64,000 bases of DNA, taken from contig CBDDPY010000002.1 of NCBI GenBank assembly GCA_965232515.1, positions 6,336,001 through 6,400,000 on the forward strand, read 5' to 3'. Of the stretch, positions 22,779-34,105 are shown in pieces; positions within the stretch are counted from its first letter, which is position 1; every line of letters starts with the position of its first letter. Position numbers and translations under genes: made by a program. The notes under the pieces are model-generated. The model had not been told where the DNA came from and made no database searches. It was given only the letters and a program-made list of their open reading frames with translations. The stretch comes from Alphaproteobacteria bacterium. Its GTDB lineage: Bacteria > Pseudomonadota > Alphaproteobacteria > GCA-2731375.

Positions 22779-22836
22779 TTAACCATTTGCTTACCATTGA
22801 CGACCATACCATCCCATGCTATCCCATGTTGTCCCA
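22779..22836. promoter_or_regulatory. mraZ/dcw promoter repeats (MraZ-binding array) with CtrA-type half site
   Basis: TCCCA at 22812, 22822 and 22832, plus CCAT at 22783, 22794 and 22804 (~10-bp period; TGGGA on minus strand). TTAACCAT at 22779. Confidence 0.7.
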
Positions 22837-22916
22837 ACGAAAGCCCTTGTCTGGGCAGGGTCGGGCAATAAAGCGACCCGGGCGGCTGACCGGGCCGACA
22901 CAGACAGAGGTTTCGC

Positions 22917-23393
22917 GTGGCCTTTTTCATTTCGCGGTTCGACAACAAGGTCGACAAGAAGGGTCGGGTGTCGGTGCCTGCCTCTTTCCGCGCGGAGCTG
23001 GCCACGCAGCCGTTCGCCGGGATTGTCGCCTTTCCGTCGCCCGTGCTGAACGCGATCGAGGCCTGCGGCATGGATCGGCTGAAGGAAATGGCGGCCCATC
23101 TCGACACGATGAATCCCTATGGCGGCAACCGCAACGCGTTTGCCAATGCCATGTTGACGAAGAGCCATCAGCTCACCTTCGACAGTGAGGGGCGCGTCGG
23201 CTTGCCGGAGCGACTGCTGAAGCATGCCGGCATTTCCGCCATGGCGACGTTCGCGGGAACCGGGCCGACATTCCAGATCTGGAATCCAGATACCTACGAG
23301 GAGTTCGAGCGGGAGGCCGAGGCCCAGGCCAGCGAGATGGCGGCGCGCGGCGAGCTGCCCTGGTACAAACCAGTGGGCGACGCGGCGCAATGA
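22917..23393 (+). CDS. mraZ: Division/cell wall cluster transcriptional repressor MraZ
   Basis: [14 protein letters not shown] and DSEGRVGLP motifs; first gene of the dcw cluster. Confidence 0.95.
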   Translation: MAFFISRFDNKVDKKGRVSVPASFRAELATQPFAGIVAFPSPVLNAIEACGMDRLKEMAAHLDTMNPYGGNRNAFANAMLTKSHQLTFDSEGRVGLPERLLKHAGISAMATFAGTGPTFQIWNPDTYEEFEREAEAQASEMAARGELPWYKPVGDAAQ

Positions 23394-24364
23394 CCGATGA
23401 TCGGCACATCCCGGTGATGGTCGACGATGTCGTCGAGGCGCTGGCGCCTGCCGGTGGCGAGGACGTCGTCGACGGCACCTACGGCGCCGGCGGCTACAGC
23501 CGTCGTCTGTTGCAGGCCGCGGATTGTCGCGTCTGGGCCATTGACCGCGACCGTCAGGCCATCGATGCCGGTCAGGGCATGGTCGCCGAATTCGCCGGCC
23601 GACTGACCCTGCTGGAAGGCCGGTTCGCCGACATGGACGTTCTGCTCGCCGCCCACGGCGTCGCCCGCGTCGACGGCGTCGCGCTCGACCTCGGGGTATC
23701 GTCGATGCAGTTCGACGATGCCGAGCGTGGTTTCTCGTTGCAGCAGGACGGCCCGCTCGACATGCGGATGGGTCCGTCCGGCCCCACCGCCGCCGACATC
23801 GTCAACGGCATGGACGAGGCGCCGCTCGCCGACCTGATCTACCGATATGGCGAGGAGCGTCGTTCACGGGCCGTCGCCCGCGCAATCGTCAAGGCGCGGC
23901 AGGTCGAGCCGATCGAGCGCACGCTGCAGCTCGCCGAGATCGTCGCGCGGGTGGTGCGGGGTGCCGGCAAGCTGCATCCCGCGACGCGCACGTTTCAGGC
24001 GTTGCGGATTTACGTCAACGATGAATTGACCCAGTTGTCCGATGGCTTGGGCGCCGCCGAGAGATTGCTGTCGCCCGAGGGCCGACTCGCCGTGGTCTCG
24101 TTTCATTCGCTTGAGGACCGGACGGTGAAGAGGTTTCTCGACGCGCGCAGCGGCGTGGCGGACCGGGGGTCGCGGCATCTTCCTCCCAATGCCGTCGATC
24201 CCCGGCCGCCGACGTTCCGTCTCCCGAGTCGTCGCGCCCGAAAGCCGCGTGATAGCGAGGTCGAGCGCAATCCACGGGCGCGGTCGGCCCGGTTGCGCGT
24301 CGCCGTCCGCACCGATGCGCCCGCCTGGGCCGATACGCCGACGCCGCAAAGCGAGGCCGTGTGA
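23390..24364 (+). CDS. rsmH: 16S rRNA m4C1402 methyltransferase
   Basis: [41 protein letters not shown] motifs. Confidence 0.97.
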   Translation: MTDDRHIPVMVDDVVEALAPAGGEDVVDGTYGAGGYSRRLLQAADCRVWAIDRDRQAIDAGQGMVAEFAGRLTLLEGRFADMDVLLAAHGVARVDGVALDLGVSSMQFDDAERGFSLQQDGPLDMRMGPSGPTAADIVNGMDEAPLADLIYRYGEERRSRAVARAIVKARQVEPIERTLQLAEIVARVVRGAGKLHPATRTFQALRIYVNDELTQLSDGLGAAERLLSPEGRLAVVSFHSLEDRTVKRFLDARSGVADRGSRHLPPNAVDPRPPTFRLPSRRARKPRDSEVERNPRARSARLRVAVRTDAPAWADTPTPQSEAV

Positions 24365-24759
24365 TGAAGCGCCGTGTCGTCATCGCCGCGCTCGCCGTTG
24401 TTGGCCTTCTGTCGACTGGCCTCTATTTCCTGGAATACGAGGTTAAGCAGATGGAGCGCCAACTGGCCCGGCTCGATGATGGCTTGCGGCAGGACCGCCA
24501 GGCCATCCAGGTGCTGCGGGCGGAGTGGAGCTACCTCACCACGCCCGACAGGCTGCAGAAGCTGGCGGCGAAGCATCGCCGGTCATTGGATCTGTCGCCG
24601 GCGTCGCCGGTGCAGATCGCGGGGCTCGCCGATCTGCCGGTGCGGCCGGAGCCAATCATCGTCGCCCAGTCCGGTGACGGCACGTGGCCGGTGCCGATGG
24701 TGAAGCCGATGTATCTGCGACTGGGGATTGCCGGCCGCGGCACGGGGCGCGCGCAATGA
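24361..24759 (+). CDS. ftsL: Cell division protein FtsL
   Basis: TM plus coiled coil, [14 protein letters not shown]; located between rsmH and ftsI. Confidence 0.9.
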   Translation: MMKRRVVIAALAVVGLLSTGLYFLEYEVKQMERQLARLDDGLRQDRQAIQVLRAEWSYLTTPDRLQKLAAKHRRSLDLSPASPVQIAGLADLPVRPEPIIVAQSGDGTWPVPMVKPMYLRLGIAGRGTGRAQ

Positions 24760-26507
24760 CCGATCGCCACCCGCCGCGCCCGATGTCCGACGTCATGGCC
24801 GTCGACCCGAATGCCGCGCCGACCATCCAGCTGGTCGGCATGCACGAGCAGACCATGCGCATCGGCCGCAGCCGGCTGATCATCATCGGCATGCTGTTCG
24901 CCGCCTGCTTCGCGCTGATCGCCGGCCGCCTGGTCGAACTGTCGGTGCTCGGCGGCGATCGCGGCTCGCGGTTCGACCGACTGGCCACGTCGGGCGCGGC
25001 GCCGAGCGAGCGGGCCGACATCGTCGATCGAAACGGCAAGCTGCTGGCGACCAACCTGCAGACGGCGTCGCTCTATGCAAACGCGCGGGTGGTGCCGGAG
25101 CCCACCGACGTCGTCGACCGGCTGATGCGCGTGCTGCCCGGGCTCAACCGGGCCGAACTGCTCGCCAAGCTCACGTCGCGGAATGGCTTTGTCTGGATCA
25201 AGCGGAACCTGTCGCCGCAGGAGCAGTATGACGTCAACGGCCTCGGCATTCCGGGGCTTGGCTTCCAGCAGGAACAACGGCGGATCTACCCGCACGGCCG
25301 GCTGACATCACACGTGCTCGGCTATACCGATGTCGACAACAACGGTATCGCCGGCATCGAGAACTATTTCGATGCCGAGCTGAAGCGCCGGGCCGCCAGC
25401 GGCGAGCCGATCGAACTCTCGCTCGACCTCCGTGTCCAGCACGCGGTGCGCGACGAACTGCGCCGCGCCATGCGGACGTTCTCGGCCAAAGGCGCCGCCG
25501 GCGTGGTGATGGACGTCAACACCGGCGAAGTGCTGGCCATGGTGTCGCTGCCGGATTTCGATTCCAATCACGCCGGCAGCGTGGTCGGCGACGCGCGGTT
25601 CAATCGGGTTTCGCTCGGAGTCTATGAGCTCGGGTCGGTCTTCAAGATCTTCACCACCGCCATGGCGCTCGATACCGGCACGGTGAATTTCCGCAGCGGC
25701 TATGACGCGACCAAGCCGATCCGCGTTTCCCGCTTCATCATCAACGACGATCATCCGAAGAACCGTTGGCTCTCGGTGCCCGAGATCTTCATGTTCTCGT
25801 CCAACATTGGCGCCGTGAAGATGGCGCTGGATGTCGGCGCCGAGACGCAGCGGGCGTTCATGGACCGGCTTGGCATGTTCCGGCAGCCCGGCATCGAACT
25901 GCCCGAAATCGGCCGGCCGCTGGGGCCCGAGCCGTGGCGCGAGGTCAGCACCATGACCGTCTCGTTCGGCCATGGCTTGGCGGTCAGCCCGCTGCAACTG
26001 ACTGCCGGTGTCAGCGCCATCGTCAATGGCGGGCTCTACCGCCGGCCGACGTTGGTCAAGCAGGACGAGGGGCCGTCGGTGGCGACGCGGGTGATTTCGG
26101 ACCGCACGTCGGAGCGCATGCGCCGCCTGATGCGTCTCGCCGTCACGGCCGGCACCGGTCGGCAGGCCGACGTGCCCTACAGCCTCGTCGGCGGCAAGAC
26201 GGGCACGGCGGAGAAGGCGAAGGGCCGGCGTTACGACCGCCGGGCATTGCTGTCGTCCTTCGTCGCCGCCTTTCCCATGCACGCGCCGCGCTATGTCGTC
26301 TATGTGTTGCTGGACGAGCCACGGGGGACCGCCAAAACGCACGGCTTCGCCAGCGCTGGCTGGACCGCGGCGCCGACGACCAGCCATGTCATCGCGCGCA
26401 TCGGGCCGATCCTGAAGGTGCCGCCGGTCGACCCGGCCGAGCCGGCGATCCGCGAGGCGATGAAGGTCGCCATTCCGGGCCAGGGGGCGAAGTATGCGTC
26501 TTTCTGA
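24756..26507 (+). CDS. ftsI: Penicillin-binding protein 3 (FtsI)
   Basis: RADIVDRNG, GSVFK, SSN and KTGT motifs. Confidence 0.95.
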   Translation: MTDRHPPRPMSDVMAVDPNAAPTIQLVGMHEQTMRIGRSRLIIIGMLFAACFALIAGRLVELSVLGGDRGSRFDRLATSGAAPSERADIVDRNGKLLATNLQTASLYANARVVPEPTDVVDRLMRVLPGLNRAELLAKLTSRNGFVWIKRNLSPQEQYDVNGLGIPGLGFQQEQRRIYPHGRLTSHVLGYTDVDNNGIAGIENYFDAELKRRAASGEPIELSLDLRVQHAVRDELRRAMRTFSAKGAAGVVMDVNTGEVLAMVSLPDFDSNHAGSVVGDARFNRVSLGVYELGSVFKIFTTAMALDTGTVNFRSGYDATKPIRVSRFIINDDHPKNRWLSVPEIFMFSSNIGAVKMALDVGAETQRAFMDRLGMFRQPGIELPEIGRPLGPEPWREVSTMTVSFGHGLAVSPLQLTAGVSAIVNGGLYRRPTLVKQDEGPSVATRVISDRTSERMRRLMRLAVTAGTGRQADVPYSLVGGKTGTAEKAKGRRYDRRALLSSFVAAFPMHAPRYVVYVLLDEPRGTAKTHGFASAGWTAAPTTSHVIARIGPILKVPPVDPAEPAIREAMKVAIPGQGAKYASF

Positions 26508-27951
26508 GCTCACCGAAGGTCGGGTCACGGGCGCGGCGGGCGACGTCGAGATCGCCGGCCTGACCGCCGACAGTCGCGAGGTCGAAGCCGGTTTCCTGTT
26601 TGCCGCCATGCCGGGCACGCGCCTGGACGGCGCCGCGTTCGCGGCCGAGGCCGTGGCCAAGGGCGCGGTTGCGGTGCTGGCGTCGCCGGACGCGAAGCTT
26701 TCGGCGATCGACGTCCCGGTCATCGAGGACGCCGACCCGCGCCGGCGTTTCGCGCTGTTCGCCGCCCGCTTCTTCGGCGCGCAGCCGGCGGTGGTCGCCG
26801 CCATCACCGGCACCAACGGCAAGACATCTGTCGCCGATTTCACCCGTCAGATCTGGGCGCGCCTCGGTTGCCGCGCCGCGAGCCTCGGCACGCTCGGCGT
26901 CATCGGGCCCGACGGCCATCAGCCGCTTGCCCATACCTCGCCCGAACCGGCGCAACTGCATCGCCTGCTGAAGGAGCTGGCAGACGACGGCGTCGACCAT
27001 CTGGCGATCGAGGCATCGAGCCACGGCCTCGACCAGAGCCGGCTTGACGGCCTGCGCGTGACGGCCGCCGCCTTCACCAGCTTCAGCCGCGACCATCTGG
27101 ACTATCACGACACCGCCGAGGACTACCTCGCAGCCAAGCTGCGCTTGTTCGGTGCCGTGATGGATGTCGGCGGCAAAGCCGTGCTGAATGTTGATATCGA
27201 CGAGCACGACGAAATCGTTTCGGTCTGCACGCGGCGCAAGCATGAGATCATTACCTATGGTGCCGCTGATTCGGATCTGCGCCTCCATCGCCGCGTCAGT
27301 CTCGCGAGCGGTCAGCGGCTCGAGCTTGAGGTGTTCGGCATCCGGTCTGAAATCGAACTCCCCCTCGTTGGCGATTTCCAAGCCATGAATGCTTTGTGCG
27401 CGCTTGGGCTGACGATCGCCTGCGGCGCGGATCATGACCGCGCACTTGCCATCCTTTCGCAGCTGAAGGGCGTGCCCGGCCGTCTCGAGCATGTCGCCAA
27501 TCATCCTTCGGGCGCCGCCGCCTATGTGGACTACGCGCACACGCCGGACGCGCTGGAGCGCGCGCTGCAGGCCCTGCGGCCGCACACCGACGGCCGGCTG
27601 ATCGTGGTTTTCGGTTGCGGCGGTGACCGTGATCGCGGCAAGCGGCCGCAGATGGGCGCCATCGCGGCCAGGCTTGCCGACGTGCCGATCGTCACCGACG
27701 ACAATCCGCGCAGCGAGGATCCGGCCGCGATCCGCGCCGAGGTCATGCCGGCCTGTCCCGGCGGCGTCGAAATCGGAGACCGGGCCGAGGCGATCCGGGC
27801 CGGCGTCAGCCGGCTGGCCGCGGGCGATGTGCTGCTGGTCGCCGGCAAGGGCCACGAGCAAGGGCAGATCGTCGGCGACGAGGTGCGGCCGTTCGACGAT
27901 GCGGCAGAGGTTCGGCGCGCGGTTGCCGAGCTGGCGGGAGGGGGTCGATGA
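26494..27951 (+). CDS. murE: UDP-MurNAc-tripeptide synthetase (DAP-adding)
   Basis: TGTNGKTS, VDYAHTPD, DNPR, AGKGHE motifs. Confidence 0.97.
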   Translation: MRLSELTEGRVTGAAGDVEIAGLTADSREVEAGFLFAAMPGTRLDGAAFAAEAVAKGAVAVLASPDAKLSAIDVPVIEDADPRRRFALFAARFFGAQPAVVAAITGTNGKTSVADFTRQIWARLGCRAASLGTLGVIGPDGHQPLAHTSPEPAQLHRLLKELADDGVDHLAIEASSHGLDQSRLDGLRVTAAAFTSFSRDHLDYHDTAEDYLAAKLRLFGAVMDVGGKAVLNVDIDEHDEIVSVCTRRKHEIITYGAADSDLRLHRRVSLASGQRLELEVFGIRSEIELPLVGDFQAMNALCALGLTIACGADHDRALAILSQLKGVPGRLEHVANHPSGAAAYVDYAHTPDALERALQALRPHTDGRLIVVFGCGGDRDRGKRPQMGAIAARLADVPIVTDDNPRSEDPAAIRAEVMPACPGGVEIGDRAEAIRAGVSRLAAGDVLLVAGKGHEQGQIVGDEVRPFDDAAEVRRAVAELAGGGR

Positions 27952-29372
27952 CGGAACAAAGGCTCTGGACGTCCGAAACCGCGGACAAGGCGACCGGCGG
28001 CAAATCGACCCGAACCTGGCAGTCCGACGGCGTCTCGATCGACAGCCGCACGGTCGAGACCGGTGATCTGTTCATTGCGTTGCAGGGCCCGAACTTCGAC
28101 GGCCACGATTACGCCGCCGCCGCGCTGCGTGCCGGCGCCGCTGCCGCCGTGGTCAGCCGGCGGCCGAACGACGTTAGCGACGACGCAGCACTGTTGGTGG
28201 TCGACGACACCATGACAGCGTTGGAGGGCTTGGGCCGGGCCGGTCGAGCCAGGATTCAGGCCCGCGTCACCGCGATCACCGGCAGCGTCGGCAAAACCGG
28301 CACCAAGGAGGCTCTGAAGCGTGCGCTCGAGGGCCAGGCCGCGACGTACGCCAGCCTGGGCAATCTCAACAATCACTGGGGTGCGCCGCTCAGCCTGGCG
28401 CGGATGCCGTCGGACACGGGCTACGCCATCCTCGAGCTCGGCATGAACCATGCCGGCGAAATAGCGCCGCTGAGCAAGCTCGTCCGGCCACATGTGGCGA
28501 TCATCACTACTGTCGAGGCGGTGCACCTGGAATACTTCAACTCGGTTGCCGAAATCGCGGACGCGAAGTCCGAGATCTTCGTCGGGTTCGAGCCGGACGG
28601 CACCGCGATCATCAATCGCGACAATCCGCACTACGAGCGGATGCGCGCCGCGGCCGAGGCTGCCGGCGCGGCGCGGATCATGACGTTCGGTGTGCATCGC
28701 GAGGCCGATGCGCGGCTGATCAATCTCGTTCAGCACCCGACGTGCAACTGCATCTCCGCCGATATCGACGGGCAGGCCGTGACCTACAAGGTCGGCGCGC
28801 CCGGCCGGCATTGGGCCATGAACAGCCTTGCGGTGCTGACCGCGGTTCGCGCGCTGGACGCCGACCTCGGTCTCGCCGCCCTGGCGCTGGCCGATATGGC
28901 GCCGTCGAAGGGCCGCGGCCGTCGGCATCGCGTCGACATGCCGGCCGGCAGCTTCCACGTGATCGATGAGAGCTACAACGCCAGTCCCGTGGCCATGCGC
29001 GCGGCGCTGGAGCTGCTGGGCGCCGCGGCGCCGGCGGCACGGGGACGGCGCATCGCCGTGCTGGGCGACATGCTGGAATTAGGCGAATCCGCGCCGCAGC
29101 TGCATGCCGAGCTGGCCGAAGACCTGCTGGCGAACCGGGTTGATCTGTTGTTCGCCTGCGGACCGCATATGGCGCATCTCTATGACGCGGTGCCGCGCAA
29201 CCGGCGCGGCGCTTATGCACCGGACGCCGAACAGCTGCTGAACGGCGTGCTTGCCGAGGTGCGGCCGGGCGACGTCGTTATGGTCAAGGGCTCGCTCGGC
29301 AGCCGCATGCAACCGATTGTGCAGGCCTTGCTCGACCGTGGCGAGCGGCCGCAGGTCGCCGTGAACGGTTAG
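27948..29372 (+). CDS. murF: UDP-MurNAc-pentapeptide synthetase
   Basis: [26 protein letters not shown] motifs. Confidence 0.97.
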   Translation: MTEQRLWTSETADKATGGKSTRTWQSDGVSIDSRTVETGDLFIALQGPNFDGHDYAAAALRAGAAAAVVSRRPNDVSDDAALLVVDDTMTALEGLGRAGRARIQARVTAITGSVGKTGTKEALKRALEGQAATYASLGNLNNHWGAPLSLARMPSDTGYAILELGMNHAGEIAPLSKLVRPHVAIITTVEAVHLEYFNSVAEIADAKSEIFVGFEPDGTAIINRDNPHYERMRAAAEAAGAARIMTFGVHREADARLINLVQHPTCNCISADIDGQAVTYKVGAPGRHWAMNSLAVLTAVRALDADLGLAALALADMAPSKGRGRRHRVDMPAGSFHVIDESYNASPVAMRAALELLGAAAPAARGRRIAVLGDMLELGESAPQLHAELAEDLLANRVDLLFACGPHMAHLYDAVPRNRRGAYAPDAEQLLNGVLAEVRPGDVVMVKGSLGSRMQPIVQALLDRGERPQVAVNG

Positions 29373-29380
29373 CGCTCGAT

Positions 29381-30469
29381 ATGCTGTTCAACATCTTCAG
29401 CCCGCTCGGCGACGAGATCATCGTCTTCAACCTGTTCCGTTACCTGACGTTCCGGACGGGCGGCGCGATCCTGACCGCCCTGTTGATCAGCTTCATTCTC
29501 GGACCGTCGATCATCCGCTGGCTGAAGAGTAAGCAGGGCAAGGGGCAGCCCATCCGCGACGATGGGCCCGAGCGCCACATCATTGCCAAGCAGGGCACGC
29601 CCACCATGGGCGGGTTTCTGATCCTGCTGGCGCTCAGCGTTGCCACGCTGCTTTGGGCCGATCTGACGAACCGCTATGTCTGGGCCGTCCTGATCGTCAC
29701 CATCGGCTTCGGGTTGATCGGCTTCGCCGACGATTATCTGAAGGTGACGCGGGCGAATACCCGGGGCGTTCCCGGCAAGATCAAGCTGGTGTTCGAAATC
29801 GGCATTGCCGCCGCCGCCGGCTGGTGGGTGATGGATATCCTGCCGCCGGCGATCGCCACGTCGCTCGCCGTGCCGTTCTTCAAGGATCTGCTGATCGACT
29901 TCGGCTGGCTGTTCATCGCCGTCGCGATCCTGGTGATCGTCGGCGCCTCGAATGCCGTCAACCTGACGGACGGCCTCGATGGGCTCGCCATCGGTCCGGT
30001 GATCATCGCGGCCTCGACATTCGCCATGATCACTTATCTTGTCGGCAACGCGGTGTTCGCTAACTACCTGCAGGTCAATTTCGTCCCCGGCGCGGGCGAA
30101 CTCGCGGTCTATTGCGGCGCCTTGATCGGCGCCGGCCTGGGATTCCTTTGGTTCAACGCGCCGCCGGCCATGGTGTTCATGGGCGATACCGGCAGTCTCG
30201 GCATCGGCGGCGGCATTGGCGCCGTCGCCGTCGTCAGCAAACACGAGCTGGTGCTGGCCATCGTCGGCGGCCTGTTCGTGCTGGAGACGGTATCGGTCAT
30301 CGTCCAGGTCGCGTCGTTCAAGATGACCGGCCGACGCGTATTCCGCATGGCGCCGCTACACCATCATTTCGAGCAGAAGGGCTGGGCCGAGCCGACGATC
30401 GTCATCCGGTTCTGGATTATCGCCGTCATCCTGGCCCTGTTCGGCCTGGCGACGTTGAAGTTGAGGTAG
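29381..30469 (+). CDS. mraY: Phospho-MurNAc-pentapeptide transferase
   Basis: [35 protein letters not shown] motifs. Confidence 0.98.
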   Translation: MLFNIFSPLGDEIIVFNLFRYLTFRTGGAILTALLISFILGPSIIRWLKSKQGKGQPIRDDGPERHIIAKQGTPTMGGFLILLALSVATLLWADLTNRYVWAVLIVTIGFGLIGFADDYLKVTRANTRGVPGKIKLVFEIGIAAAAGWWVMDILPPAIATSLAVPFFKDLLIDFGWLFIAVAILVIVGASNAVNLTDGLDGLAIGPVIIAASTFAMITYLVGNAVFANYLQVNFVPGAGELAVYCGALIGAGLGFLWFNAPPAMVFMGDTGSLGIGGGIGAVAVVSKHELVLAIVGGLFVLETVSVIVQVASFKMTGRRVFRMAPLHHHFEQKGWAEPTIVIRFWIIAVILALFGLATLKLR

Positions 30470-30476
30470 CGGCCGC

Positions 30477-31868
30477 GTGATCCCGATCTCCGCATATGCC
30501 GGCAAATCCGTCGCCGTTTTCGGTCTTGGCAAGAGCGGCGCGTCCGCTGCCCGCGCGCTCGCCGCCGGCGACGCCGAGGTGCTGGTCTGGGATGACGATC
30601 CGGCGCGCCGCGCGGCGCTGGAGGGTGAGCGCATTCTGGCCGCCGAACCGTCGGCCAAGACCTGGGCCGATGTCGAAACCGTGGTGCTCAGCCCCGGCGT
30701 GCCGTTGACGCATCCCGAGCCGCACGCGGTTGTTCGTCTGGCTGAAAAGCTCGGCGCGGAAGTGCTGGGCGACATCGAGCTGTTCGCGCGCACGCGCCCG
30801 TCGGGTGCCGTCGTGTCGATCACCGGCACCAACGGCAAGTCGACGACGACGGCGCTGATCGGTCATCTGCTGGCGGCGACTGGCCGTATGGTGCAGGTCG
30901 GCGGCAATCTCGGTACGCCGGTGCTCGACTTCGATCCGCTCGGCGCCAACGGCGTCTACGTGCTGGAGATGTCGTCCTATCAGATCGACCTGACCCGAAG
31001 CTTGCGCCCCAAGGTCGTGGTTCTGCTGAACATCACGGCCGATCACATCGACCGGCACGGCTCGATGGATGGCTATGTCGCGGCCAAGCGCCGCTTGCTG
31101 GAGATGGCGCCGGCGGATGCGGCGCTAGTTATTGGCATCGACGACGCGCCGTGCGCCGGCATCGCCGCCGCCATGCGCGATGCCGGACGTCGGGTCATGG
31201 AGGTCACCATCGGACGGGTGCCGACGATCGGCTATGCCGCCTCGGACGGGACGGTCTTCCGTGATGGCAAGCAGGTGGCCGACCTCAACGGCATCGACAG
31301 CCTGCGCGGCGCGCACAACTGGCAGAACGCGGCCTGCGCCTTCGCCGCCGTGGCCGCGATGGGCGTGCCGGACGCGGAGATCGCCGAGGCGATGCGCAGC
31401 TTCCCGGGGCTGGCGCATCGCATGGAGCCGATCGGCACGGTCGACGGCGTCGCCTTCGTCAACGACAGCAAGGCCACCAATGCCGAAGCGACCGCCAAGG
31501 CGTTGGCGAGCTACGACCATATCTACTGGATCGCCGGCGGCCTGGCCAAGGCGGGCGGCATCGACCCGCTGCGGCCGCTGTTCGACCGCATTTCCAAGGC
31601 TTTTCTGATCGGCGACGCCGCGACGGATTTCGCCGTCACGCTCGACGGCGATGTCGCCAACGAGATCTGCGGCGACCTCCCGACCGCTGTGCGCGCGGCG
31701 CATGCTGCCGCGCTCGGCGACCGTGGCGGCGTGGTGCTGCTCTCGCCGGCCTGCGCGTCCTTCGACCAATTCCCCAACTTCGAAGCGCGCGGCGACGCGT
31801 TCCGGGCGCTGGTCGCAGCTCTCGCCACTGCCGGAAACGGCCCGCAACGTGTGGGAGGCGCGCGCTAG
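30477..31868 (+). CDS. murD: UDP-MurNAc-L-Ala:D-Glu ligase
   Basis: TGTNGKSTT, NDSKATN, LSPACASFDQF motifs. Confidence 0.97.
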   Translation: MIPISAYAGKSVAVFGLGKSGASAARALAAGDAEVLVWDDDPARRAALEGERILAAEPSAKTWADVETVVLSPGVPLTHPEPHAVVRLAEKLGAEVLGDIELFARTRPSGAVVSITGTNGKSTTTALIGHLLAATGRMVQVGGNLGTPVLDFDPLGANGVYVLEMSSYQIDLTRSLRPKVVVLLNITADHIDRHGSMDGYVAAKRRLLEMAPADAALVIGIDDAPCAGIAAAMRDAGRRVMEVTIGRVPTIGYAASDGTVFRDGKQVADLNGIDSLRGAHNWQNAACAFAAVAAMGVPDAEIAEAMRSFPGLAHRMEPIGTVDGVAFVNDSKATNAEATAKALASYDHIYWIAGGLAKAGGIDPLRPLFDRISKAFLIGDAATDFAVTLDGDVANEICGDLPTAVRAAHAAALGDRGGVVLLSPACASFDQFPNFEARGDAFRALVAALATAGNGPQRVGGAR

Positions 31869-32993
31869 ATGGCGACGTTGACCCGCATGGACACGAGCGT
31901 TATCGGCCAATGGTGGTGGACGGTCGACCGCTGGACGCTGCTGGCGATTGGCCTGTTGATTGCCATCGGCGGGCTGATGACCCTGGCGGCGAGCCCGGCC
32001 GTGGCCGAACGCATCGGCTATACGTCGTTTCATTTCGCGCAACGCCAGTTGATCTACATGGCGCCGGCGTTGGCGGCGATGTTCGCGATCTCGCTGATGA
32101 CGCCGCGCGGCATTCGCCGGCTTTCGGCGATCGGCCTGGTCGTGGCGCTTATCCTGACGCTTGCGACGCTGTTCCTGGGGCCGGAAACCAAGGGCGCGAC
32201 ACGCTGGCTTTCGCTCGGCCCGCTGTCCGTGCAGCCGTCGGAGTTCGTCAAGCCGTTCTTCGTCATCTTCGCGGCTTGGATGTTCGCCGAGCAGAAGCGT
32301 AACGAGGGCCTGCCCGGCAACCTGATCGTTATCGCCGTCTTCGCCGTCATCATCCTGCTGCTGCTGGCGCAACCCGACGTCGGCATGGCCATCGTCGTGT
32401 CCGGTGTCTGGTGCGCGCAGTTCTTCATGGCCGGCCTACCGGTGTTCTGGGTCGGCGGGCTGGCCGGCCTGGCCATTGTCGGCGTGGTCTGCGGTTATTT
32501 CTTCATTCCACACGTCACCAGCCGCATTGACCGGTTCCTCGATCCGGCGAGTGGCGACAGCTTCCAGATCGACACCGCGCTCGCCGCCTTCGGCAATGGC
32601 GGTTTGCTCGGCCTGGGTCCGGGCGAAGGCGTGGTCAAGCGGGTGCTGCCTGACGCGCACTCGGACTTCATCTTCGCCGTCGCCGGCGAGGAGTATGGCC
32701 TGTTCGCCTGCCTTTCCATCGTCGCGCTGTTCGCGTTCGTCGTGTTGCGTGGCCTCGCCCGGCTGTTGGAGGAAGAGAATCTGTTCCATCTTCTGGCGGC
32801 CGGCGGTCTGTTGATCCTGTTTGGCCTGCAGGCGGTCATCAACTTAGGCGTCAACCTTCATCTGCTGCCGACCAAGGGCATGACCCTGCCGTTCATTTCC
32901 TATGGCGGGTCGTCGTTGATGGCGCTGGCCATCGCCATGGGCATGTTGCTGGCGCTGACCCGCAAGCGGCCGCGCGTCGGAGGTTTGTCATGA
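31869..32993 (+). CDS. ftsW: SEDS peptidoglycan polymerase FtsW
   Basis: QPSEFVK, LPDAHSDFIF, PFISYGGSS motifs. Confidence 0.96.
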   Translation: MATLTRMDTSVIGQWWWTVDRWTLLAIGLLIAIGGLMTLAASPAVAERIGYTSFHFAQRQLIYMAPALAAMFAISLMTPRGIRRLSAIGLVVALILTLATLFLGPETKGATRWLSLGPLSVQPSEFVKPFFVIFAAWMFAEQKRNEGLPGNLIVIAVFAVIILLLLAQPDVGMAIVVSGVWCAQFFMAGLPVFWVGGLAGLAIVGVVCGYFFIPHVTSRIDRFLDPASGDSFQIDTALAAFGNGGLLGLGPGEGVVKRVLPDAHSDFIFAVAGEEYGLFACLSIVALFAFVVLRGLARLLEEENLFHLLAAGGLLILFGLQAVINLGVNLHLLPTKGMTLPFISYGGSSLMALAIAMGMLLALTRKRPRVGGLS

Positions 32994-34105
32994 GCGCTGG
33001 CATCGTGCTTGCGGCCGGCGGCACCGGCGGCCATCTGTTTCCGGCCCAGGCGCTGGCCCAGGCATTACGCGGCCGCGGTCACCGGCTGACGCTGGTGACG
33101 GACGCGCGCGGTGGCGGTTATGGCGAGATGTTCGACGGCATCGATATTGAGATCGTCGCCGCCGCGACACTCACCGGCCGCAGCTTGCTGGGCCGGGTCT
33201 CAGCGCTGTTCGATATCGCCCGCGGCGTCACCCAGGCCCGACGACTGCTGAAGCGGCTGCGCGCTGCCGTCGTCGTCGGTTTCGGCGGTTATCCGGCTCT
33301 GCCGACCATGCTGGCGGCAATCAGCCTGCGTCTACCGACCCTGATCCATGAACAGAATGCCGTTCTCGGCCGGGTCAATCGGCTGTTGGCGCCATTCGTC
33401 ACCGCCATCGCGGCGTCATTCGCGCGGACATCGGGCATTCCGCCGCGTCATCACGGCAAGGTCACAGTGACGGGCAATCCGGTGCGTGCCGAGGTGAAGC
33501 GAATTGGCGAACAGGACTATGCGCCGCCGGAAGCCGACGGTGCGATCCGCCTACTCGTTTTTGGCGGCAGCCAGGGCGCCAGCGTGCTGAGCGACGTGGT
33601 GCCGGCTGCGATCCTCGGCCTCGACGACGACCTCGCCGAGCGGATCAGCCTGACCCAGCAGTGCCGGCCAGACGATTGTGAGCGCGTCGCCACGCTCTAT
33701 CGTTCGGCGGGCATCGCGGCCGAGGTTGGCGCATTCTTTGACGATCTGCCGGACCGGCTGGCGAACGCGCATCTGGTCATTGCCAGGGCCGGCGCCGGCA
33801 CGGTGAGCGAGCTGGCCGTCGCCGGTCGGCCGGCCATCCTGGTGCCCTATCAGCACGCGACCGACGACCATCAGACCGCGAATGCCGAAAACCTGGTGGC
33901 GGTCGATGGTGCGATCCTCCTCGCCCAGCAGGCATTGGAACCGCTTGACCTGACGCGGCGGCTGCAGGATCTGGCGCGGCACCCGGAACGTCTGGCGGCG
34001 CTGGCGCGAAACGCCCGTCTGGCCGGCCATGCCGACGCCGGGGAGCAGCTGGCCGATCTGGTCGAGGTGACTGCCGCCGGTGGAACCGAGGGAGCGCCCG
34101 CATGA
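32990..34105 (+). CDS. murG: Lipid II GlcNAc transferase
   Basis: [26 protein letters not shown] motifs. Confidence 0.97.
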   Translation: MSAGIVLAAGGTGGHLFPAQALAQALRGRGHRLTLVTDARGGGYGEMFDGIDIEIVAAATLTGRSLLGRVSALFDIARGVTQARRLLKRLRAAVVVGFGGYPALPTMLAAISLRLPTLIHEQNAVLGRVNRLLAPFVTAIAASFARTSGIPPRHHGKVTVTGNPVRAEVKRIGEQDYAPPEADGAIRLLVFGGSQGASVLSDVVPAAILGLDDDLAERISLTQQCRPDDCERVATLYRSAGIAAEVGAFFDDLPDRLANAHLVIARAGAGTVSELAVAGRPAILVPYQHATDDHQTANAENLVAVDGAILLAQQALEPLDLTRRLQDLARHPERLAALARNARLAGHADAGEQLADLVEVTAAGGTEGAPA

